62,944 nt of DNA, filler included, from Sphacelaria rigidula (GCA_964200075.2; 7 parts of 7 records of this genome joined end to end with filler, not necessarily neighbours in it); one strand, 5' to 3'. Counted from the whole stretch's first letter, positions 20,647-34,600 are shown. A program made the numbers and translations. The notes: generated by a model not told the origin, from the sequence alone.

Positions 20647-23600
20647 TATCTCCGAAGGCCTGTATATTCAAGATGAGCTCACGAAAACGAGGGGTTGCTG
20701 AGAATTTAGTCCCAAGATTAGCAGGCTGGTTCTGCGTAGAGATGGTATCGAACAGCAATCTTTCCCTACTCAATCGTTTCCTGGACCAAAAAGAAACGAA
20801 GAGCAACGTGCTTAGTGCGATCGCTGTATGCACGATTACTAGCAACGTGAATGGCCGACTTGTTGTCTACATACATGGAACAGTGCTGAAGGTTGATCCA
20901 AAACCGAGCTCGAGCATCATGTTGGAGCAGAAAGCCGGCGCTGCAATCACAAGTTCCGCTTCCATGGTAGACTGGGCTGTCATGCTCTGCAATCCCATTT
21001 TAAGCTGACTGGAGCCTTGGACAGAGAGCATGATGATGTACGAAGAAGTGGACTTGGCGTTGTTCGGGCTATTACCCTAGTTGGCATCTGAAAACGCCGT
21101 AAGCTTGAAGTCGACCGTCTTGTACGTGACACAGAAATCAATCGTGCCAGACAGGTACCAAAGGAGGTGCTTCGCCGCGGCCATATGAGCCTCGGAAGGT
21201 CATCGCTCGGGGAAGGTGACTAACAGCGAACAAGGTATCGTAGCGTGTGACCTGGGCAAGGTGTATGATCCTCCCGACGATAGCATAGAAACGTTTTGTC
21301 CCTTCCGCATCGAGCTGCTCGGATTGTTGTACCGAAAGCTCCCGCCCCACCCTCGTGGTGTTCACCTTATTGGCCGCCGTCCATGCCGAACTTCTTGAGG
21401 ATGTTCCTGACGTGAAATGCCTGTGTGACGAAAATGGTACCACGATTCAAATCGCGCGAAGTTCCCATGCCACGCACCAGGGATCCATCGCCCAGATCCT
21501 TCATGTTGAAGCTGGCCGATAATTTTTTCTTGAGCATGGGAAGCACCGCGTCATCTCCCCCGAAAACCACGTCGTCGACGTACAGGGACAGGATCGCAGC
21601 ACCATTGTTGTCTCCATAGGCAATGTTCGCCGTAGGTTGCTTGGAGTCCTCCTAGGCATTTACCTACACACACGGGTCTGATTTGAGCGGGACAAATCCG
21701 ATCTCCCACAGATATCTGTCAATGGTGAGTAATCATCGACGTGGTGCGTCTTTAAGTCCGTGTAGGGCCTTCTTGAGAAACATGACGATCCGCTCACCCG
21801 TTTGAGGGTCCGTATCCTCGTATCCCGGGGGCAGTTCCGCGTACTGCAGGTTATCCAGCACGGCATTGAGAAAGAACGTCACCACATCTAGCTGCTGAGC
21901 GGACCAGCCAATGCAGCCACCGCGGCAAGTAACATACGAATACTTTGAAGCCAAAAGACAGGAGCGTACGTCCATCCACAGTCGATGCCAGGCACTTGAC
22001 TCCACTCTTGTACGACGAGACGACCTTTGAGTAGGCCATTGGGCTTGAACTTAAATACCCACCTGGTGCCGTGTAATTTCGCTCCAGACAGGACCTCGGA
22101 GAACGGTATCCTGTCGAAGACACCAAGGGTCAAAAGGCTGCTGTATTTCACTTTCGTCGCTTCCATTCATTGGTCAGCCGCTGGAAGTCCCATGGCTTCT
22201 CTGAAAGAAGGATGAATTACTATTGTGCGGTCGGAGTCAAGTGTACCACGCAATTGAGTATTAGTGGCAGTGTAGGCGTGCTTGACAACCATAAACCATT
22301 CTTGATGGTATATATCTGCCAGGTTGGCCTTGGCAAAAAAAAAAACGGCGGGATGAAGCGACACAGGGTACGCGAGACTGTTCAATTCACGTCGTGTCCG
22401 AGCACTTCGCGTTCCGACGCTCGGGTTTATGGACAATTGAGGATTACTCCGAGTCCCCATGCGTGACACTGGTGATGAGGGCGTATCGCCGGTCGATCCG
22501 TCTGCATCCAAGGATGATACGGTGGGGTTGGAGCCCGGCGAGTCACATAGATGGTCCATGAAGACGCTCAGATCGCCGGGCGTGTCGATTTCCAACGGAG
22601 GGTAAGGGAGAGACACAGTGGACACGCGTAAAATCTGGTTGTGATACATGTTGGTGGAAAGCCCGTAAAAAGTCATCGTCACTTCTGTTACTGAAGTACT
22701 GGAGTTCCAGCCACGTAGAGTATCTCCATTGCGGAGTGGTCGTGGCAGCGTATTCTAACTTTAACCCGGAGTTTGTGCACTAATCTCTGGATTCTTTCCT
22801 AATATGCTCACCTCCTTCATCTGTGCGAAGCCTGAAACACGCCTTCCCATCGGCATCGCCACCGAGTTTACGAGTAGTTTTGGAAGTGTCAAGAGTGTCG
22901 CTCCTTGACTTCATCAGGTAAAGCGAGGTCCAGCGGCTGAAGACGTCGGTGATTTCGCTCACGTACTGGAATCCCTCGAGGGCAGAGGATGAGATTGGCC
23001 CCATCAAATTACCGATGAGAAACTCGAAGGGAGCCGACACGTTGTACGTGCTTGTCGTGTGGTGCGGCTGTTGCTTGCTTTTGCTGAGTTTCCACACTTC
23101 ATATGCAAGCGGAGATCCCTCGAAGCTGACCTCGGTTCCAGGAGTCTTACGAAGGATATCCAATGTTTTGCCAGCGGCATGTCCAAGTCGTTGGTGCCAT
23201 CGTTCCGCGGTGGAACTTGCACTCATGGCTAGTGTAGGCATCTGCTTCCCTGAGACATCTGACTCCACATTGAAGGTATAGATGTCGTGAAACCCCGCCA
23301 TCTCGTCCAGCGGAGTCACGAGTGATCCAACCCCCAAGCGGAGATGTGCACGGCCGAAAACAAGTATTATGCCTTGGCGCGTTGCAATCATCACAGAGTA
23401 CAGATGCCGTTCCAGGCTCGGTACGAGCTAAACGCCCAGATAGACTCGTCGCATGCGTCCGTAGGAGTCCTTTATCGTTCCAGGTACTGTGACCTCGGCC
23501 ACAGCATTTAGTACGTGATCGTCGGCCGTAGTGATACGGTACGGTGTCGTGAGCAAGTGATAGTCAGGAAATCGTTTGAAGACAAGAGGCATAGTCGCGT

Positions 23601-24964
23601 TGTCGATATAGTGACCAGACGAGCTAGAGTCGACGAGCAGTTTAAGCGTGGTAGGGGAGCCGACGGCGGCAGCCGCGTGGTACGCCGTGAACGCACAACA
23701 AGAGCCCACGGGCCCGCCAATTGCTACCAACACGGGTTGATAAAAGGTGCGGGAGATCTTCTCTGCAGAATGACTCCCCGGTGATGCTGGTCCAGCAAGA
23801 GAACAGGCTGGAGCTCCAGAGGGAGTACCCGCAGCAACGAAGGAGAAGCCATATGTCGCAGCAGCGGTCGGTAGAACAGGTGATGCCAATGGATTGACAG
23901 CAGTGGGCGCGGGTACCATTCCTGAAGTGGACGCAGAGGACCAGCCGTTAGCATAAGCAGCCGACTTAGAGGCCGACCCAGAGCCACCAGCGGAACTGCA
24001 CTTATTGAGGACGCGGTACTCCGCAGTCGAATGTCCGCACTTGCCGTGATGTGAAAAATATTTTCCTCCCGACCGCGGCCTCTTCGTCCGGTGTTGGCAT
24101 CTCGTTTGTGGACGGTCCGTTTGCTTTCTTGGCAATGCCGCCTCAAATGCCCATACTGACCACACTAGTGACCCTTGACGTGCCCAGCATCAGCCCGCAT
24201 AGCAGTGCATGGGCCGGTAATAGACAGGGAACACTCATCGCGAGACAACCAGTCACCAGCATGACAGCCTTGATATCTTTGAGTGCAAACTGTGGATTTA
24301 GCCGTCGTTGCCGGCGGATATAGTCGTACGCGGGCGGGAGCGCACGAATGATGAGATCCTTGGAGCGGATTTCGGATACGAGGTCGCCCACGACCCGCAA
24401 GTGTTCACGGCCATTTTCCGGTGGTTCCTTGAGGCGCAGTTTACGCGCAGCGAGGCGCGCGCTCGCGTCGTCAATTGCTGCCTTGGTAGCAGTGGCGAAG
24501 TCCTCCTCGGGCGTTACCATGCTGCTCTTCTGTCACCCTCGATTTCTCTGGTAGCAGTTGAGGTGTGGTGCATAAAAGGTTTCACCATGGCGTGTGCCGC
24601 CCGGTCGGTAAGCAAAAGCAATAGCGGATACAGATCGCTATTCGGGCGGTTGTACGCGTGTAACTCGGCAAATGAAGCCCCTTCACCCGGTGGTTGCTTG
24701 TCATCGAGGATTTCGAGGACTGCATGCCAGGACACTTGAAGTACACCTCGAAGTATTGCTTTTCACTTGCGGTAGTCGACGACGCTTTGACCGTCAATTT
24801 CGGACATACCATTTTTGTGACATTCAACATAGATTTTTTATTACCCATTTTGTGTTAGAGAGACACCGAAACGGATGTGGGCCATACCTCCTGCAAGGGA
24901 TGCGGGCTTTAAACACGGGATCTTGCAAAATGGATAACAATTTTGGCGTCCGTGCGGACACGTG

Positions 24965-25170
24965 GAATTCCCCAAAATTGTTTTTTGACCTAGGACCCCA
25001 ATATTTCGGTGATCGAAATCCAAATCTCTATGGCGTGTAGCAGTTGTCAATAGCTATTAGTAGGTGAAGAAATGGAACCATATTTCGAAGATTTGGTGTG
25101 GATACGAAGATTTTATTCTTCCGGGTTTCTCATCCCCAATAAAAGATCCATCCCCAATTTGTAAGATCCC
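24965..25170. mobile_element. Half copy of the foldback family, in the Copia 5' leader
   Basis: Matches the right arm of 6982-7428 (CCCCAATATTTCGG..TTGTCAATAGCTA..CTCATCCCCAAT). Confidence 0.8.
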
Positions 25171-25471
25171 GTGTTTTTATCTGCCTCCATGAGTGCGGGC
25201 TTAAGATCTCCCTGGCAAGAAAGGTCCAAGGTGATCAAGCTTTCATCAGGCCTGAGAGTGACTCAACGCGCGCGTCTCAAACAGTACAGAGTCTGCTCGT
25301 GTTTCACGCTCTGCGAAGACACGAGGATTTCTCATAACCAGTTAGGGATTCTACTGTGTACTCCCCGACGTGCCGCAGGGGTCAGCGTTGGTAGCTGTTA
25401 GGCTTACCACGTAGAAAGTGAGAGAGACATCGTTCATCCAGGCTATGGTACTTGTTATTCTTTTGGTGATA

Positions 25472-26010
25472 GAATATACCACAACCCATACATCGCCTTG
25501 GCCACCAAGGTTTGTCTCCTAGAGACGGAAGTGATCGAGGTAAGCATACGGCTGCGTGACCTGGACGATCGTGCACGACAAGTTCGGCACGTTTCACGAT
25601 GCCCACTTTGGATTCCTGCTGAGGCGTCTCTCAAAAACAAGCATACCTCTCACACCGCAGCGCTCCTGACGACCACATGCTGCCATACCGCGAGGTCCTC
25701 GAAAGAACTGGCTGCGAGCGCATCGAGGCTACCGTTGTGCGGCGAATCCTCCTACACACCCTCCACGTGGTGAGCATGCACGACGAACGCCTCCCCAGCA
25801 TCATCATGCGTGAAGTAGTGATTGTCGGAAGGAAGACGAAGGCAGGCCGACCAGCAAGACACTTACGATAGTGTCACGAAATGCTGCAAGAACTTCGGAA
25901 CAAATGCGACATCGCGAACGTAGGTTGCCCAAGATGTGTCCGAATGGTACCGAATGGTTGAGACGTGGACCAAGATGTACATGACAGCCTGGACCAAAGC
26001 GCACCGTGCT
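25472..26010 (+). mobile_element. RTE-like LINE remnant (3' continuation after the Copia insertion)
   Basis: YHNPYIALATKVCLLETEVIE..YGCVTW..LPYREVLERTGCERIEATV..MHDERLPSIIM..AGRP continues the RT C-terminus from 19958. Confidence 0.85.
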
Positions 26011-26599
26011 CAGCAATTGTCTGCTGTGTTCCCGGTAGAGTTCACGAAGTGCATATCAAGGACGACCGAAACGTATCGAGTAGACCGCAGCGTACTACAT
26101 TCACTCGCCCTGTACTCCTAACAGCTTGAATGTTTGTCGGCAAGGGTACTGTGCACTTGTGGGGTGCTTCATGTGGCCGTGGCACGCTTCCTCGCAGTGC
26201 ATCGTTTTAGAGCAGAGCAAGACGATTGTTACGAGAGATCTTGATGGGTTGAGCAGACGATGGACCCGAGTGGGGCGCTGCATCGCCGTCCTTTTCAATA
26301 TTCATTCAGATGTCACCCACTTGTGTCTAGCTCTATCTGAACCTTCTCTCTCTGACTCTCAGCCCTAAAGTCAAACTATAGAGCTTATAATATAGAGCCG
26401 CGGAGCTATGCCGGCTCGACTGAACATTGGCTACAGTACTCGTTACCGAACCGTTCCTGTTAGCACTTTGTACTGAGCCGTACTGGCTGCTGCCAGACCA
26501 GTTGCCTGCTACATGCCTGAGAATCTACGTATGAGATCTATGTGCGATACAAAATCTGCACACTCCCCCATAATCGTGCAGCGGTATCATCAGAGAGCT

Positions 26600-26922
26600 G
26601 ATACGATCACACCCAATGTGCTAGATACGAGACGAATAAATGTTTCCGTTGAAAGCCATAAAACCCACGTGGTGGACCTGGACCCTCCGGACTCGTCCCG
26701 ACTTCCGCTGCTTTTTCCCGTTTTGACATCCTTCGTCGAGAACGGCGAGTTGAACGGTCAACAGTGGGTCCTAGAAAATGATGTTCATACAAAATATGGG
26801 GTTGAAGTGGCATCTCTCTTTGCAGGGAAGACGCGAAACCTTGCGACCGAGCCCAGCCATCTTCCCCCCCAAATGTCCGCAGCAGTTGAGCAGCTGTCGC
26901 TAGGTGCACCTAACGAATGCCG
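26600..26922 (-). mobile_element. C-terminal fragment of the Plavaka-like repeat family
   Basis: GIR*VHLATAAQLLRTFGGEDG matches the DNA at 5020-5092 and 47655-47725. Confidence 0.5.
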
Positions 26923-27022
26923 NNNNNNNNNNNNNNNNNNNNNNNNNNNNNNNNNNNNNNNNNNNNTTAATTAATTAANNNNNNNNNNNNNNNNNNNNNN
27001 NNNNNNNNNNNNNNNNNNNNNN
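26923..27022. other. Artificial contig spacer
   Basis: N44-TTAATTAATTAA-N44. Confidence 0.99.
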
Positions 27023-27198
27023 TGTTTTGCATGAGAAAAAGGGCTCCTAACAATTCTAACCTCAGAAAATATTTCTGCACCCCTACCGTAGCATCACTCC
27101 ATCGCTGTTTGTTTCGATCGGCCACGGCGCAAGCGAATATTGATAACCCAGCCCACGCCTACTGCTTATTAACGGCTATTGTTCCGCTACGGCCCCAG

Positions 27199-28017
27199 CT
27201 TTCGAGTCTCGAGGACGACCTGAACGGCGAGAGGGATCAGCTAACAAGAGCCAAGAAGGAGCGAGATTCTCTGAGGACCGAGGTGGCCAGCCTAAAACAA
27301 AGCCAAGGATTCGCTAACAGGTACTCGTATGAAAAATCGGACGGGGAGTAGACTCATATTGTTGGGGGATTTTTATTCTTCGGAGATTCTGCGAGCGTTA
27401 TTCGACAGGTATTTCGAAGTGGTCAAGACAGTATCATGGTTCGCAGAGCTCCAGGAGGAAATGTGATGCCCTTGCTTTACCCCCTAGTAATGTCGACCCA
27501 ACCGCCGAGCGTGGATTTGTACGAGTTTCAAGGTGCCCCTTGTATGTTTTGACGGCGCAACGCCACTGAAAACGTCAGTATTGGTGCAACGCGGTGTTTT
27601 TTGCTTTTGCGGGACGCAGCGATCTCCTCATCCTGGATTTCGAACAGCGGAAGTTGCACCTGAAGAAGCTGGGACGAAAGCTGGACGACATGCGCTCCAA
27701 ACACCACCTTCTTCTGTTGGAGCAGGTGGGGGGTTGTCAAGCAAGGTGTAACGAGCAACACGAGCTGAATACGTGTGTGAACATAGAGCCAGCCCCCGAC
27801 AGAGCACCTCTTGTTTTAGCGGATGGATGAAAAACACGTACAGCATGTTTTGATGAGGGGCTTGGCCGTTCATGCCACGGGAGACCTGAGTGACGTGGGG
27901 GTATCCTCACCTCTCCCACGCATGATGCCCCACCGTGACTTATTTTTGCAGGAACACCTGCAGGTGAACAAAGAACAGTCCGTGGACGAGCTAGGGGGCG
28001 TATCTTCGATCAACTAG
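27199..28017 (+). CDS. CCDC96: Last three exons of a CCDC96/CFAP184-like cilia/flagella coiled-coil protein
   Basis: Exons 27199-27320, 27620-27725 and 27952-28017 are GT-AG with consistent phases: LSSLEDDLNGERDQLTRAKKERDSLRTEVASLKQSQGFANSDLLILDFEQRKLHLKKLGRKLDDMRSKHHLLLLEQ..*. Resembles the RD.LT..K..RDSLR..LKQ..G..LL.DFE C-terminus of CCDC96 (recognised from memory). Confidence 0.75.
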
Positions 28018-28660
28018 CTCATCGACGTTTCTCTCTCCTTGTCAGTCTCACTCCTAATGAGCATCAAACGCTACAGGAGGGAATCGCTAGGGCGGTGCTC
28101 GGATGGCACATACCGATTCGAGAATAGTACCACTGTATGTAGGTGAATCCTTCACTTTATCCTAACCGCTTCTCGACACCGTGTCACACCCGAAGAGCAG
28201 CTCGGAATAGATTTCAGTTCACCACCAGTTGATCGTTTAACCCAATACGCACACGCTTTTAAGAGCTGTTGCATGCCCAAAATCCTGGGCCATTACGACG
28301 GAGTGGAGACGCCTTCACAGACACTACTCAGCTTGGGGGCTGGAACACTCGAAACCCTTCAATCGACGACGGGACGGAACTATTTTGCATTTACGATTGG
28401 ACCTTGCTGATGCTGAAAAAACGATGCCCGGGGAATCTTCAACCAGACTACGGTCTACTGTGGCGGGCTTGTAGCCTAGCCAGCGCGCATCTCTGAACAC
28501 GGGCTTCGGTGACCCGATGTCACGGACGGTCAACTGTTTCTCGAAGACAAAGTCCCGAACCGAACGTATAACAGCGTCCACTGCACCCCTCCTGGCACGC
28601 GTGGTATCGTCATCAGAAGCCGTTCCTCACGAAGTTCTTGACATCGCGGCGATATCAGGT

Positions 28661-31600
28661 TCAAGATGCCCCTCCCTCATCTCCGATTGACGTAATGCTG
28701 CTCGTTGCAGTGAATGTTGTCTCTTCTTCGGTCGCACCCCGACCGCCGTAGTTTCTGACGATCACGTTCGGGGGCTTTTTGCCGAAAATACGCGCGATGG
28801 CCTCGTTGGCAAGGGGTACTGATTCTCGACTCTTGTCGAGCATGTTTCGGAATCTTGTTTCCAGGGCACAAAAATACGAGAGGGGGAAGGGTTGCATATA
28901 TGTCGTCAGTCACCTGTTGGAGGGCAGGCACTGGCCAAAACAAATTATACATTTTCGCTTCCGGTCCCTTTGGCCGACAGTAGTCAGAGGAATTTATTTC
29001 ACAGGTGGAACCAAAGTCAAGGTTTACCTTTTTTATGCCTACAAAACGGTACAGGCGAGTAACCAACGAAAGGTGTAAACGTGGTGAGAATCGGCAAGTT
29101 GGGGCAGAAAAAGAGTGGCACCCCAGGAAAGTAGAGAAGAATAGGTATACCTCGCTGTTTGTGGCCATTTTAGGAAACAGGACAGCCCTGGCGGACACCC
29201 CGCAACTCTGCAGCTTTGTAAATACCATCCCGTCGGTTTTCTGTCGTACTTACTGCATTAGAGAGTAGAGGGGAGAACATTACTGCGTGTTCTCGGCGAA
29301 AAGGACGAAAATCGTGTCAATCGGGATCTCTTTTGCGCCGCGAAAGAACTTGCTCACCACTACTGTATCCGAAAGTGGCCAGAAACGACAAGGTATGCCT
29401 TTTCCTAGCTAGACACTGCCCAGTGTGTCTTTTCGTGATACCGAGGAAAATTGTATGTAGAAACAAGGCATTTTTATGACATGGCACCGAGGTCATCAGC
29501 GCACGCAATCCATGAAACAAGAAGAGCAAGAAATCTCAGGGAAGATACGATACGAGGGTCATCCCTGCAGCGCGGCGAAAGCACCAATACGCAAGTTGGG
29601 AAGTAAGTCGAGACCACTCCAACCAAACATGTTATCGCATGTTCGTATCATGAGCACTCAACCTAGAAGTAGACCAAGCCGTTTGCAACCTAGCCTATGG
29701 GATGTCTGCATCCGAGAACTCCACTCTTACAGATATCGAGTGGCCAGGTGACTGGAGTGAATCCAACGAGATCCCTCGATCTGCTCAACACACACGTACC
29801 GCCTCTGCTGATGGATGGTGTACGCTCTGAGGTCAACCGGGGCCATGTCCAACTCTCCTTTTATGGTGCTGCAGAGAGTTCGGCTCTTTAGCTCCTGTCA
29901 CGCGGAGACGATAACACAATAACGTGACACGCAGATATCAATGGATGGCACGAGGCGGGAGTTTAGGGACAGTGAGATTCACTCGACACGTTTTCCGGCA
30001 GTTGTAGACACAGTTACGGATAAATTCATACATATCGAAGAAGTAAGGTACAAAAACTTTGAACATTGCTGTCGCGATTAACGTATACCCCAGGTCAAGC
30101 TGTCGCAGCTACAGGAATTGTCCATAGTTTTAGCACGGGATCCATCGCATACCAATCTAGCGCAACCGGTGTAGACTTTTCGGAACTACAATCTACCGCG
30201 AGGCATTCAGTTGCACATCGGATATACCACTTCCATCAGACGACGGCGACGACGCGTTCATCTGAGAGGGTGACCACCACTATAGTAACAATTCTACACA
30301 CGCGGAATCCGGTAAAACGCCGTTTTTTCCATCGAGGGATCGAGGAAGTCAAAACCGGTACTGAGGAAGTTGCGTGCGACGAACGATGAGCCGTCCTTAC
30401 CTGCCTGACACTCGGGTTAGGAGCACAGCCTAACTCTGGTGCTGAGGAATACCACAGCGTAAGGATCCCGAGACGACGAGGTCCACCGTCCTGCAGGGTG
30501 GATGAAAAGCAGTACTCGGATCGGAAATAAGTTCTGAGCGCACTGCAGTACAAACCAAGCACGCCATGGTCGATGCAAGTGACGAAAAAAGAGTTGCTTT
30601 CTCCCGCGGTGAACATCCTATAGAAGAACATTTGAAGGCGCCACAAATGAATCGTTTCTGCTAAAACATGCCTTTTTTTCCGCTGTGGTATCTGGCGAAG
30701 TCCAATCAAGTGGCAGTTCCCAGCCAGGCAGCGGACCAAGTTCCGCTTTGCGTTCGTAAGTTTCCTCGATCCAGTTCTCACCGGGCTCCGTAATTGCCTA
30801 TTTCACATAATCGACACGAGATGCAGGGGTGTTTTGCATATCGCCTATCGCTTCGGGCGCCGCATGTGTTATGTACATTTTCCTACGTAGTGGGAAAGGC
30901 TGAAGGCGGAATGGGCTCTTTTCGTGCAGTCGAGCATGGGCCGTCGTGGCGGAGAATCCGAGTGACTCACCAACCGCACTAAAATTTTGGCCATCTCTCG
31001 CTCATCCCATCTGGCAAGGTCTAGCCGATAGTATCGGTCAGGGTAGGTAGGATTGATCACGTTCAGGAGTCCCCGCCTCGAAAACACCTCCCTTTGCTCG
31101 TCCGGTCGAAGAGCGTCCACCAGTAGGCACATGTTTCCAATATCTGTTATCTAGACGGAAAATAAAACACATATTGATCGGCGATCAGGCGCTGGTGGAG
31201 GAGCGGGCGAGGGCAAGACGCTTCATAATGACATGGGACTGACTTCTCATCGTTTCCTATCGCCTGGTTACTGCCACACACGACTAACGCAGCGTCGAAT
31301 TTTTCTTCGCGAGCAAAAGCAAACACAAAGTGTTAGGAGCGAATGTCTTAGTGTGAGATAGCGTGACCGTAGGTCCTAGCCGACAGCTGGTTTGTGAACG
31401 TTGGAGGGCTTCCGTGCGGATGCCGTCTGAGGTTCAGATAATCCCAAAGAAAGAACGTGTTGTGATACACCATGTGCGCAACTTGCCCCCGCACCATGTG
31501 GTAGAAGGTGATTACTACTTCCGCTCGGATCTGATATTCGCGCGGGAACACGTGCAGGATTCTGGCCAGCTGGTGACGCCATAAGCGTCGGCGAGGAAAA

Positions 31601-34600
31601 TGACGGAGGGGGGGGGGCAGGAGGGGTGGAAGGAGGGTTCGAATTATTGAAGTTCGTAGACGACGGTAGTAACCTATGGTTTCTTCCAAGGAGAACAGCA
31701 GCCCGTGCGCTTCATCAAGCCGGTAATGTATCTCTTCTAAGCATAGCCCCGCAACCTACTTCGGTAGTAACATTGTCCCATTTACCGTACCCTTGAGACG
31801 CCGGTGCGGTAGGTTGTCCCCGTGTAGGAGTAAGGTGCTTGGCATGGGACAGACTTAAACAACCACCTGGTCAGTGGTGAGGCACGAAGAGCAGAGGGCC
31901 ACCTCCAGCTCTCTGAGCTTGTACCACGCCTTGACATACGTGTCGGACGGCGTCACGTAGGCGAACGAACTCTTCCGCTCCAGGTCAACACTCTTTACTT
32001 CCACCGTCGACCACCAGGATGCCAAGGACACATCGTCCAACGAGGACGCACTGTCACATTCGGAACAGTAGACGCGCGCGGCCTTGTGCTCGATCGTGGT
32101 GGTTGTGAGGACACGTGTGGAATACGCACAGTACAGTAGCACCGCCTTCCCAAAATATGAACGTGGGCAACGGTGGCTTTGCTTGTGCTGCTGTTCCCGA
32201 CATGCTTTCCTGAAAGCATGAAACCACATAGGAGCGGATAAGAGTCTACTCACCTGCGGTAGTAGTCGTGCATGTCGATCTTGAACAGAGAACTAGATGA
32301 CAGAAACTTTCTCCAGTGCGAAGCGCATGTATCCTTCAAGTCGTCTCCAGATATCACATCCTCGTCGATGCGGGTATCGCAGGTGATGGGCGTGGACAAC
32401 CCTAGCCTCGACAGCAGCCTCTGAGCAAACACCCAAAACAAGAAAATGCAACCTCGTCGTGCACGATAACGCTCTGTATAAAATTTCCCCCACATATGAA
32501 TGACTGGTCAATAGGGTGATGTCCAAACGCCGGTTTGCAATGCTCCACGTTGACGTAATATGCTATGTGCTTGCATTCATGTATTCAACACACTTCGGAG
32601 GTATTTTTCCTCCTAAACTACGTGAGGCTAACCACATGATTGATGTAATATTTCGGCGGGTTGTTCGTCATGGTTTGAGCGCAACACGGTAGTTTGAGTC
32701 AGTAGCGATATGTAAGGTCGCTTGTTTGCATCGCAAGGATCGCAAACAACGCGGTAAATGCGCCTGTTTGTACAGAAAGAATATACACATCAGTTTCCGC
32801 TAGACCGCCGCAAGAGGACGCGTAAAGCTCTATGCTGCACGTGGTTGCGGCGGTATGTCAGCTTCGACTCACTTGTTCTCCATCGAACCGCGGTGGTGTA
32901 TTTCACTTATAAAGGGATTGCATATGCCTTTGCCACCAACTGTCAATAGAACTACTGAAACACAGTATGGACACACGAAACCCTATCACACCTGGAATCT
33001 CCTCTCCGGCAGATGCATTTGGTGATGATCGGGCCTCGACGTTGAAACGTAGTCGAAGCGAAGACTGCCATACTTGGGTGGATTCACAAACCACGTCGGT
33101 TGGAGAACCAACGTCTGCACGTACAACGAGGAAACATTCAGCGCCGGCGAGTCCGTATGTGAATCATGACCTCTGGCGAGCGGAGGTCCGTATGGGGCGT
33201 ACTGTACACCGCCCAATCGACGCAGCTGGCTGCTTCAACTATCAGACCAGTTGAGCAGTACCATCGATGGATAGATGGGCAAAACGGGCAGAAGGGCTCA
33301 AGCTCGGGCGTGCGTTACGTAACCAACGTACACGAATGAATACTTGGAGTTCAATCGACTGATTGGGTAATTTTGATTGGATGTCGCACATTATCTGATC
33401 CCCCCCCAGGGATACAGCCGTGGTCAAATGATAGACGTGCCCGAGACAGAGTAAGACAAACATTCGATGAAGAACAGTGAAGATGAGAGAAGAGATACAA
33501 CATATTGATAGGGTATACTGAAGACAAGAGAGAAAAAAACAGAAATGGCTGGCCTCCGCAACATGGCCTTGAGTGGAAAAGGTCTTGGGCGAAGACACAT
33601 GCACTCACGCCCGATCGAAAAAAGAAGAAGTCGTGGGAACGGGTTGCGGCTCCTCTATTTCTGCTACACTACTTTTGGTATAAGCTCTCACATCTACGAG
33701 CTGGGTCAGCCTAGACACGGATTTAAGCTCTCAAATCAACATCTCGTCGACACGGACGAGTTGGGCCACGATCCGCATATTGTATTAATCGTCTAACCAA
33801 GGGAAAGGTGCCCATCTGCTCAAACTTTTGAGTCAATATTTCCTCGTTGATCAAACCCCATGTCTAGTAATTCCTATACCTAACGGAGATAGCGTCCATA
33901 CTAAAATCTCTATGAAACCCCCGATCCATGCATTCAGCGGATGACGACGAATGTTGGTGTGGACATTCCCTGAAGCACGGGGAGACGATAGATACCCTCA
34001 CCTTCACCTAATGCGTAATCTATCTCGATATATGGCGCACATAAGTTTCAATACTAAAACCAGTATATTACGAGCAGATGCGCTAGATTAGCTGAACGTG
34101 GATATCGCGTCTCAGTTTTTGAGATTTATGCTATAAAATTTCGTGTGGAGAACCGCTAGTGCATAATAAAGCTTATAAACACAGCTTTTTTTTTCTTCTT
34201 TTTTTCGGGGTTTTGGGGCAGTTTTGAGGAGAAATGAACACTGCTTTTGGGCCTCATCTCAGTTTTTCAGCTCAATTTATAGAATTGTAATTTGAAACTC
34301 AGGATAAAGAACCACAGAGATATGCTGAATAAAAAAAAATGGGCCCTCAGTTTTATTTTGGGGGGGGAGGTTCGGGCGTTCTCGTAAAACAATGGCGTTT
34401 TCCATACCAAAACGCCCTAAACCAGTGAAAAAATAAGAAAAAATCAACCTGATCCACTTTGTTTCGTCAATTATGCCCTAGCCACGGCCCACACAAAGTT
34501 TCAATACCCAAACACCAAACGTGGGCCGGTAAGTGTCCTGCAAAATACTGTTCCGAATCTGTTCTGACCCCGTCACTAAACGGCCCATTATACGGCCAAT

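Larger units (their letters stand above)
19960..25471 (-). mobile_element. Degenerate near-full-length Ty1/Copia LTR retrotransposon
   Basis: 5' LTR ~25471-25340, PBS GGTTATGAG 25339-25331, gag from ATG 24848, degenerate Zn knuckle, protease LLVDSS, WHQRLGH, integrase NLMGP..DVFSR..LRTDEGGE, RT WVFKFK..KGRLVV..TYAPV, QLDV..FLNA, LYVDD, RNase H AFSDAN..KSTS..NQPANLGTK, PPT GAGGGGGAG 20239-20231, 3' LTR 20230-~19960. Many stops and frameshifts. Confidence 0.95.

Noticed and set aside
33332..33394. Extra exon IMCDIQSKLPNQSIELQVFIR
   Set aside because: Weak donor, and exons 35265-35375 and 32992-33114 join directly into a coherent domain without it.
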